Virus record (IMG/VR): IMGVR_UViG_3300030329_002466
Location: 1-55,838 of that record
Strand: one strand, 5' to 3'
DNA from: a virus
Lineage: Duplodnaviria; Caudoviricetes
DNA length: 55,838 nucleotides
The notes under the pieces: generated by a model
What the model was told of the DNA's origin: nothing
Seen by the model: the letters and a program-made list of their open reading frames with translations, nothing else
The model's database searches: none
Part shown: positions 49,916 to 55,838 of the stretch, piece by piece
Layout: each line of letters starts with the position of its first letter
Position numbering within the stretch: position 1 is the first letter of the stretch
Position numbers and translations under genes: made by a program

Positions 49916-50277
49916 TTGATATTTATACTTACACCCTTATCTGCTACTGCCTTTTTCAATTTAACATCTAAAACGCCGTTCTTATATGTAGCTTTAGAGG
50001 AGTCTGCATCAACCTTACAAGGCAATCTTTTAGTTGAGTTGTGTTTTCTCTCATCTTGTTCTGCCTTAATGGTGATGTGGTTTTCGTTTACCTTTAACTC
50101 TAGATTCTTCTTATCGAATCCGGGTAAGTCAATAGTAACGAAGACTTCATCCTCGCTTTGCTCTATAGTTCCGGGCCATTTAGATTGTGAAAAGGGCTTG
50201 GTTATACTCTTATGTGGGACTTGTGCCTCAATAAGGTCTAACCATGCATCAAGGAGATTATCTATATCTCTTATCAT
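49912..50277 (-). CDS. Small heat-shock protein (Hsp20)
   Basis: VTIDLPGFDKKNLELKV..LPCKVD..KATYKNGVLDVKL. Confidence 0.92.
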   Translation of the reverse strand: MIRDIDNLLDAWLDLIEAQVPHKSITKPFSQSKWPGTIEQSEDEVFVTIDLPGFDKKNLELKVNENHITIKAEQDERKHNSTKRLPCKVDADSSKATYKNGVLDVKLKKAVADKGVSINIK

Positions 50278-50287
50278 ATTTCACCTC

Positions 50288-50500
50288 TTAGTCGTTCTGT
50301 GTTCCTGAACCGACGGGTATTCGCTTGTGCAATCGGAAGTAAGGCTTGTTATCGTCACCTTCTTTCCAGTAAGCGTTGCGGAATAGGATATAATGTTCTC
50401 CTGATTCACTCTTTCCAGAGTAATACACATCGCCTTTCTTGCTCTTGTTACGGAATAGTCCGCCAATCAGTACTAATTCAGTTTTTTCATTTTCTGCCAT
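50288..50500 (-). CDS. Small DUF736-like / OB-fold protein
   Basis: IGGLFRNKSKKGDVYYSG..F.N..KPYFRL pattern. Confidence 0.45.
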   Translation of the reverse strand: MAENEKTELVLIGGLFRNKSKKGDVYYSGKSESGEHYILFRNAYWKEGDDNKPYFRLHKRIPVGSGTQND

Positions 50501-50535
50501 TTTTAGTTACCTCTTTCTTTACCATAGTTTATGGT

Positions 50536-50552
50536 CTATTTAAAGCTTTTGC
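50536..50552 (-). promoter_or_regulatory. BRE+TATA promoter (GCAAAAGCTTTAAATAG) overlapping the upstream stop codon
   Basis: Consensus match; heads the Hsp20-SSB-MTase-helicase-PolB block. Confidence 0.65.
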
Positions 50553-50829
50553 TTCCTTTTATCTTTACTAGTTTACCAGTTTTAGGATTCATAGTCCATC
50601 CATGTTCCTTAACTTTATCTAGTAAAGCATCTTTGTATAAAGACTCTTCTTCTTTCTTAGCGACGAACGCTTCTAAAGATGGGTCTCTCAACTCTAATAA
50701 ACAGTTCCCACACACAATCTTACTATTTTTAAAAACTGCTTGGGAATGTTGTATTGATGCTTCTGAATTATAAATCACATCTCTACAAAAGACACATCTA
50801 CCTAATTCTGCACCATTATTCTCTTTCAT
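50536..50829 (-). CDS. Zn-finger protein (97 aa)
   Basis: CVFC..CGNC. Confidence 0.6.
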   Translation of the reverse strand: MKENNGAELGRCVFCRDVIYNSEASIQHSQAVFKNSKIVCGNCLLELRDPSLEAFVAKKEEESLYKDALLDKVKEHGWTMNPKTGKLVKIKGSKSFK

Positions 50830-50956
50830 GTAAATTACTAATCTCCGTTACGAAATGTTTCCCACATGGTTCACATTCCCATTTATGTGTTCCACCACCA
50901 TAATAAACTTTGTCGAGTGGATGTCCACATATAGGACAATTATCAGTATAACTCAT
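50816..50956 (-). CDS. Zn-ribbon microprotein (MSYTDNCPICG..CEPCG)
   Basis: Two CxxC pairs; likely start at the internal Met, ATGA-coupled. Confidence 0.55.
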   Translation of the reverse strand: MSYTDNCPICGHPLDKVYYGGGTHKWECEPCGKHFVTEISNLHERE

Positions 50957-51071
50957 GCCCAAATGAACATCCACATCCATATCATCATAAAAAATGATAA
51001 TAACATATACCACATAGCTTCATTCATAGAGGTGGGATAATTCCATAACCATTTTATAGTTTCTGTTCTTT

Positions 51072-51179
51072 TCATAAAATCCATACACCAACAATCATAC
51101 CTATACAATATCCAAATATCATACCTGATATATAGTCTACTACTCTTTGCTTTCTATCTTCAGTCCAGAATTTACTCAT
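51072..51179 (-). CDS. Membrane microprotein (35 aa)
   Basis: MSKFWTEDRKQRVVDYISGMIFGYCIGMIVGVWIL; overlap-coupled. Confidence 0.45.
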   Translation of the reverse strand: MSKFWTEDRKQRVVDYISGMIFGYCIGMIVGVWIL

Positions 51180-51258
51180 TTCCACCACAATGTGGGCAGT
51201 TAAAATTATGTGATTTTTTCATACCAACATAATCTCTACCACACCTCACACATCTCAT
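51172..51258 (-). CDS. Zn-ribbon microprotein (28 aa, MRCVRCG..CPHCGGNE)
   Basis: Two CxxC pairs; ATGA-coupled. Confidence 0.55.
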   Translation of the reverse strand: MRCVRCGRDYVGMKKSHNFNCPHCGGNE

Positions 51259-51371
51259 ATTAACAGCCTCTGATAACATACGTGACAATATGCATTACCA
51301 GCAGTGTCCCTATATCTTACATAATTCAGAGCTAATCTGCATTTACAAGTATTACAAGCTGTGAATTCCAT
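51255..51371 (-). CDS. Zn-finger microprotein (38 aa, CNTC..CHVC)
   Basis: Two CxxC pairs; coupled to neighbours. Confidence 0.55.
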   Translation of the reverse strand: MEFTACNTCKCRLALNYVRYRDTAGNAYCHVCYQRLLI

Positions 51372-51372
51372 T

Positions 51373-51657
51373 TTATCCGTGCATGTGTGCTGAAGGTTTC
51401 TTTCGTCCACCTTCATCGTGTAAAATCCTAGCTTTTAAAACTTCTTCACCGTATAAGTTGTGAAGTTTCTCTATCATGTGGTCGAAGAACTTAGTTACAT
51501 CGCTACCATCCGGCACTACTTCAATTTCACATACGCCTAATCTTAATCTATGAACTGCTGATAATTCAGCTTGAGCTGCATCCATTTTAGCTTGTAAAAC
51601 ATCATGCACTAAGTCTGCTATCAACTTCTCGTCATTTTCAGAAGATGAATCTGTCAT
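51373..51657 (-). CDS. Hypothetical protein (94 aa)
   Basis: GAGGT SD; in the operon. Confidence 0.55.
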   Translation of the reverse strand: MTDSSSENDEKLIADLVHDVLQAKMDAAQAELSAVHRLRLGVCEIEVVPDGSDVTKFFDHMIEKLHNLYGEEVLKARILHDEGGRKKPSAHMHG

Positions 51658-51868
51658 CTATAACCTCTAGTTTAATTAATATTTTTCTCAAATTTTTCAC
51701 CATTCCGGTTGTTTCGCCAATCATATTTTCTAAATCGTTTAACTCTTCTTTAAGAACTTTCATCTCAGCTAATATATCTTCCATATTCTGAACGAAAGGC
51801 CACCAATCACTTGCTAGGTCTGCGTTTCTTTTTCTTATTTGTTCTCGTAAATCTTCTTGGTTTTCCAT
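51638..51868 (-). CDS. Coiled-coil hypothetical protein (76 aa)
   Basis: Heptad-like pattern; in the operon. Confidence 0.5.
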   Translation of the reverse strand: MENQEDLREQIRKRNADLASDWWPFVQNMEDILAEMKVLKEELNDLENMIGETTGMVKNLRKILIKLEVIDDRFIF

Positions 51869-52091
51869 ATTTATCTTTTCCTAATCTTCTCATTAAGCTT
51901 TGACTTTTCATAGGATTACAATGAACAGTAGTCCCTCTATCATTAAAAGGACGAATATAACCCATATAATAATCTCGACAGTTCTCTTTAGTTGGTTCTA
52001 AACCTCGACAGATTACTTTTTGCATTATAGTCTGTCTAGATTTAGGACTTTCCTTATTCCAAATGATATCGAAGTCGTTCCACTTACTCAT
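51807..52091 (-). CDS. Basic hypothetical protein (94 aa)
   Basis: ATGA-coupled to the WYL gene. Confidence 0.5.
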   Translation of the reverse strand: MSKWNDFDIIWNKESPKSRQTIMQKVICRGLEPTKENCRDYYMGYIRPFNDRGTTVHCNPMKSQSLMRRLGKDKYGKPRRFTRTNKKKKRRPSK

Positions 52092-52417
52092 ACTATCATT
52101 CTGTCAATACGATAGGAACGTGGGTGGTCATTTTTATATTGACTTTGGTATTGTTTAAGGTTATATCTATTCTCATAACCTCTTACCAAAATATCTCCAC
52201 TACCACTAACATATAGTTCTTCAGGTAAAATCATTCTAGGACTATCTTCTTGACTGTCATGTTTCCATGATGAAAAGTCAAAAGGAGTTCTCTTTTCTGC
52301 TTTGTATCTGAAAACTACTTGCTTGTGTTTTCCTGTCTTATTGTAGTGATTAATAGCCTCTACAATAGTCTTTAACATTCCGTTAATTTTTCTTGGTTCG
52401 CTTTTCATTTTTTTCAC
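52088..52417 (-). CDS. Stand-alone WYL-domain protein
   Basis: VVFRY..PRMILPEEL..LVRGY..PRSYRIDRMI matches the WYL RxFRLDRI signature. Confidence 0.65.
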   Translation of the reverse strand: MKKMKSEPRKINGMLKTIVEAINHYNKTGKHKQVVFRYKAEKRTPFDFSSWKHDSQEDSPRMILPEELYVSGSGDILVRGYENRYNLKQYQSQYKNDHPRSYRIDRMIV

Positions 52418-52447
52418 CTCTTGGTCTAAATTACCATTACTTTCGAG

Positions 52448-52463
52448 GTATATAAAGCTTTCG
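52448..52463 (-). promoter_or_regulatory. BRE+TATA promoter (CGAAAGCTTTATATAC)
   Basis: Consensus match upstream of the WYL gene. Confidence 0.7.
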
Positions 52464-52540
52464 CTATGTATATCGTCGTTTGTAATGCGTAAATCTTAAT
52501 TTGGTCTTTATATGATACTTCTAAAGGTATTATATCCATA

Positions 52541-52636
52541 TTATTCTTCCTTTAAAGGACTACAATGAACACATCTCTTTTTACCATCGTATGTCCATAC
52601 GAAAGCATTTTTTAAACATCTTGGGCATTCTGTCAT
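52541..52636 (-). CDS. Zn-finger microprotein (31 aa, MTECPRC..CVHC)
   Basis: Two CxxC pairs. Confidence 0.55.
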   Translation of the reverse strand: MTECPRCLKNAFVWTYDGKKRCVHCSPLKEE

Positions 52637-52638
52637 AT

Positions 52639-52902
52639 TTATTTAAACCACAAATAGTATGCGATTACTCCTAAACATAAGATATTACCAATACTATAAA
52701 ATATTATTTCCCTCAGCGTAAAATCGCTCCGGCCCTGTTTCTTCGTGGGGCGTTTGGTGATAGGAACCTGTGCTTTGAAATGAGGTAAGGTTGTCCAACA
52801 ATCATCGCATAGGTATGCTTTAAGATGTGGAGCTTCACTTGTATAATGTGTTTTACATCTATTACAATTGTGCCACAATACTTTATAATAAGTAGGTTTC
52901 AT
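52639..52902 (-). CDS. Zn-finger protein with C-terminal TM helix
   Basis: CNRC..CDDC and IIFYSIGNILCLGVIAYYLWF. Confidence 0.55.
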   Translation of the reverse strand: MKPTYYKVLWHNCNRCKTHYTSEAPHLKAYLCDDCWTTLPHFKAQVPITKRPTKKQGRSDFTLREIIFYSIGNILCLGVIAYYLWFK

Positions 52903-53026
52903 CTTCTCTTTATTTTAACTTTTTTAATTGGTTTGATAACTCTATTAAAATCTATAAATCTACCACCCTTTTCTGAACTTGGTGGTAATTCATATCCTTC
53001 ATAAGGTATCTTCGCTGCTTTTTTCT

Positions 53027-53539
53027 TCATATTAAATCGTTAAATAACTTCGTTAAATTCCATCTAACTGGCTTTGCCAGTCTATCAAGCTCAGTGCAAT
53101 TTTCTTCAAACCAACTCCACGGCACTGATTTTCTTTTCTTTCCATATTCATTATAAAGATATTTGGCTTGACTTGGCATCAATGCGAAACATCTCTTATT
53201 TCGTGGCTCTTCACGTCTAACTAATATCATTCCAACTCCTCCATGTCTCTCAATTCTCTCTCCAGCTTGGATTTGATGTAAAGGAATACTACGAGTGGAG
53301 CCATAGTAAAGAGGGAAAGCAGTAAGATTTCTGGTTGTTTTGCATTCCATAAGATAAGGCTTACCACGATACACAGCCATAAAATCGCCCGGCTGTTTCT
53401 CGGCAATAGCTTGTTTAACAAAACGGCTAACATCATTTGTATCTTGTATCCTAAACCAAAAACATTTCATACGTTTATCTTGTAGGCTTCTTCTAACCTC
53501 AGCTTCAAAATTCTTGCCTGTCGATTTCATTTTATCCAT
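53027..53539 (-). CDS. Holliday junction resolvase (RecU/Hjc-like PD-(D/E)XK nuclease)
   Basis: GKNFE..PGDF..LMECKT..HQI. Confidence 0.8.
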   Translation of the reverse strand: MDKMKSTGKNFEAEVRRSLQDKRMKCFWFRIQDTNDVSRFVKQAIAEKQPGDFMAVYRGKPYLMECKTTRNLTAFPLYYGSTRSIPLHQIQAGERIERHGGVGMILVRREEPRNKRCFALMPSQAKYLYNEYGKKRKSVPWSWFEENCTELDRLAKPVRWNLTKLFNDLI

Positions 53540-53588
53540 TCACCCCACATTGTTGCTCAATGTAGATAGTATAGTATATACATTGGCT

Positions 53589-53604
53589 CTATATAAAGAT
53601 TTGC
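53589..53604 (-). promoter_or_regulatory. BRE+TATA promoter (GCAAATCTTTATATAG)
   Basis: Consensus match upstream of the resolvase. Confidence 0.65.
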
Positions 53605-53612
53605 ATTGTATA

Positions 53613-53927
53613 TCATAGATTAATTAAATAAATAAGGGATATTAGTAGAGCCACAGACCACATTACAGCACCTATAAGCATCCGTTCTTGCCAATCGAGA
53701 ATTCCTAAACCAAATTCTATCCTTTCTAATTCTAACTGTGGTCTTACTCTTCTCTCAGCCCAATCTGTTATATTACCTCTAAAATCATTTGCTGGTATGT
53801 ATTCATCAATTATTTTGTCTACTCTATCGTGCCATTCGGGAGCTGTATCTCCTTCATACACTTCACTTTCCATTTCAGCTAATTTTTCTCTGTGTAAAAT
53901 ATCTTCTAATGTTTCTATATCTGTCAT
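53613..53927 (-). CDS. Membrane-anchored hypothetical protein (104 aa)
   Basis: C-terminal MLIGAVMWSVALLISLIYLINL. Confidence 0.55.
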   Translation of the reverse strand: MTDIETLEDILHREKLAEMESEVYEGDTAPEWHDRVDKIIDEYIPANDFRGNITDWAERRVRPQLELERIEFGLGILDWQERMLIGAVMWSVALLISLIYLINL

Positions 53928-54127
53928 TTACTTCCTCTACGTTTTGACCTCGGATTTTTTCTTACTCTATGTCCATGAAAACAAAAAATTATATCCTTGG
54001 TGTGTAAGGTTTGACATTTAGGACACCAATTCCATCTCTCATACCCACCAACTGACTGTGGTGGACCTGAATGATAGGATGGAAGTTCAGCTTCACTCTT
54101 TGTGTCTCTCTTTGCGGTCGATTCCAT
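53924..54127 (-). CDS. Small Zn-binding protein (67 aa)
   Basis: WCPKC..C.HGH; own promoter. Confidence 0.55.
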   Translation of the reverse strand: MESTAKRDTKSEAELPSYHSGPPQSVGGYERWNWCPKCQTLHTKDIIFCFHGHRVRKNPRSKRRGSK

Positions 54128-54149
54128 GAGTTATTCATACGTGACCTCA

Positions 54150-54166
54150 GTATTTAAAGTTTTCGG
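54150..54166 (-). promoter_or_regulatory. BRE+TATA promoter (CCGAAAACTTTAAATAC)
   Basis: Consensus match ending about 22 nt before ATG 54127 (leaderless spacing). Confidence 0.7.
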
Positions 54167-54255
54167 TCTTTCGTATCCGAAACACCACCAACTATGTCCA
54201 TCGTAATTCGGGGTATGTTCTATCTCAACCCAACGACATATACGTGTCTGGTTGT

Positions 54256-54372
54256 TTAAATCGTCTTTGGGGAACATTGTTGACAATAACCTCCGTATAA
54301 ATCAAATTCGGCTGGCGATATTCTTCTCGCACAACCTAAACATATTTTGTCGTGAAATTTATATGTTCTCAT
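54256..54372 (-). CDS. Zn-finger microprotein (38 aa, CLGC..CQQC)
   Basis: ATGA-coupled; two CxxC pairs. Confidence 0.55.
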   Translation of the reverse strand: MRTYKFHDKICLGCARRISPAEFDLYGGYCQQCSPKTI

Positions 54373-54884
54373 TTTTTCTTACTCCAAAAATTAGTTCCAT
54401 CTTTTCTCAATCTAACTGTGTATGTCCAACCATCATTACCTTTCATCCTTGTTCCAACATCGAAACAACATGCTGATACTAATGGTGACTTTCTAGATAC
54501 AACTTCACCCTTTCTTCTTGATGATGAGTTCTTCCACACTTTTGTTGTATGTCTTTTCCAATAAGGAACGCCCTTACTTTCCTGATAGTCATTCATCCTG
54601 TATTTCAGTATTCTGTCTAAGTTCCTTTTTATAGTGTGGTCTAGATACCACATACCATCGACACTTCTATCCTTTAAATAGGGCCACCTATCAAAGACTT
54701 CTTCATCAAACTCAAATCTATCTAGCCTCTCGCCCATATATCTCTCATCATGCCATTCAGCTAACTCTTTTCTAATATCATAGAGTTGCCTTGTTTCATT
54801 ACACATTTTACATTCCTCTTCATCGGGAGGCATTCCATCTCGCTTACAACTTTTACATTTCAATCTCGCAGTTTCTTCTTCCAT
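54369..54884 (-). CDS. Zn-finger protein with C-terminal RKSP..KGNDG..W domain (likely start Met28 of the track ORF)
   Basis: TAGGAGA SD before ATG 54884; CKSC..CKMC; RKSPLVSA..VGTRMKGNDGWTY..W. Confidence 0.6.
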   Translation of the reverse strand: MEEETARLKCKSCKRDGMPPDEEECKMCNETRQLYDIRKELAEWHDERYMGERLDRFEFDEEVFDRWPYLKDRSVDGMWYLDHTIKRNLDRILKYRMNDYQESKGVPYWKRHTTKVWKNSSSRRKGEVVSRKSPLVSACCFDVGTRMKGNDGWTYTVRLRKDGTNFWSKKK

Positions 54885-54904
54885 TATTTTATCTCCTAAT
54901 AAAT

Positions 54905-55535
54905 CTTTTAGACCATGATGTGATGGTCTTTTATGGTAGTCATCCATTACTCCATATTTCCTCATTTGGTGGGCCGATAGCAGTTAAGAATAAAGGAGGA
55001 TAAAACATGAGTCAAAAACAAAAGTTTTAAACTACTACCGACCTTTCACCGTGAGGGCTGATAAGAGAGAGTGTATATGAATCTTTACCACGTTAGTAAA
55101 TCTTGGGTTCCTACTGTGCTTCTCACGAACTAAAATCGGTCCAGCTTTACGGAAGGGTAATTTACAATCACGTGTTGTCCTCGGCGGTATCTAGTGACCT
55201 TGTTTATCGCTCACGATGAGCTTACTCCTTGTCCTTGATACCCAAAAAGGCATGAATCATGCTTGACTTAAAGGTAGACGCATTATGATTAGCTAATCTC
55301 CTAAAATTGGTTCAGCGTATATGTCCCTGCCACTAAAGGCGTCGGGATTCAGTCCATCCGCATAATGCGTTCAGGTGTTTATATACGGAGTAGCACCACA
55401 TCGCTACTCATTCATCTGCTTTCGACGTTATCAGATTCTCTAATCTCCCCGAGTTTTCCAGAGTCTCTAAACTCACGTTCGGGTTTATCTGATTATCTAT
55501 CGAACTTCTCAGTCTGATTCAACACTCAAAGTCTT
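54905..55535 (-). ncRNA. Candidate large structured non-coding RNA (~600 nt)
   Basis: By far the longest gap without a credible gene in a densely packed genome; at least 10 nested stems; G-U wobbles pair only on the minus strand. Boundaries are approximate. Confidence 0.65.
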
Positions 55536-55536
55536 A

Positions 55537-55713
55537 TCAACCTTTAATGTCACCTTCCTCCTCACCATAGTGAGGGTCAAATAATCCATTTTCGATTACA
55601 TTCTCAAGCCATTTGTCTTGATATCTCAATGGTAATTGCATATGTATTATATCTGCTATAATCCATATACAATCTCTCAAAGCTTCTATTTCTTTATCTT
55701 TCTTTTCTTCCAT
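55537..55713 (-). CDS. Hypothetical protein (58 aa, MEEKKDKEIEALRDCIWII..)
   Basis: GGAGA SD, ATG 55713, TGA ending 55537; not in the ORF track. Confidence 0.55.
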   Translation of the reverse strand: MEEKKDKEIEALRDCIWIIADIIHMQLPLRYQDKWLENVIENGLFDPHYGEEEGDIKG

Positions 55714-55838
55714 TCTTTCTCCGTTAATTTATATTTCGATATAACTGTTAATATTTCATCGGCTGTCCAATTCCTGTCACCATATTCTTTTAGACAGCCT
55801 TTACTGATTCGTTCGAGTCTACTCATCTGCGGGGCTTA

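Noticed and set aside
54885-54965. N-terminal 27 codons of the 198 aa track ORF
   Set aside because: A better SD precedes Met28, and this segment forms hairpins continuous with the ncRNA candidate.
39121-55003. Plus-strand ORFs in the replication/early region (e.g. 40151-40543, 47008-47385, 49871-50308)
   Set aside because: Antisense shadows of motif-supported minus-strand genes.
55376-55388. TTTATATAC as a plus-strand promoter inside the ncRNA region
   Set aside because: It lacks the A-rich BRE found in the other promoters and has no downstream plus-strand gene.
54905-55535. RNase P RNA, tmRNA, SRP RNA or group I/II intron
   Set aside because: No GAGGAAAGUCC-type P4, tRNA-like ends, P7 R/S pair or domain V that I could recognise, and no interrupted gene on either side.
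1-55838. CRISPR array, tRNA genes, integrase/att site, transposase
   Set aside because: No regularly spaced repeats, cloverleaf with T-loop consensus, or recombinase motifs were seen by eye.

Overview
A 55.8 kb stretch of an AT-rich tailed dsDNA virus (Caudoviricetes, siphovirus-like). Eleven BRE+TATA promoters, GGAGG/GGTGA ribosome-binding sites, a PolB and a PriS/PriL-like primase point to an archaeal host. It most resembles magroviruses of marine Poseidoniales (MGII), but that assignment is an inference. The + strand (1-37428) is the morphogenesis module: terminase 3' end, portal, protease/scaffold, decoration protein, HK97-type capsid, three giant paralogous LamG adhesin genes, neck, two paralogous tail-tube genes, a +1-frameshifted tail chaperone, tape measure, tail tip and hub. 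The - strand (37429-55838) holds class II RNR, an HNH-like basic protein, primase, HAD phosphatase, an Sm/Hfq-like protein, PolB, MazG, a phytoene-synthase-like enzyme, an AAA+ helicase, a DNA methyltransferase, an SSB-like protein, Hsp20, WYL, a Holliday-junction resolvase and many Zn-finger microproteins. Top novelty candidates: (1) a ~600 nt, heavily base-paired minus-strand non-coding RNA (about 54905-55535) containing a hairpin whose 44-nt loop is antisense to an SD+AUG initiation region, in a genome that also encodes an Sm/Hfq-like protein; (2) LamG cassettes bracketed by near-identical DNA linkers, suggesting module swapping; (3) codon-level avoidance of GATC and CCWGG; (4) a viral CrtB-like gene. 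All calls come from reading motifs by eye; no searches were run.
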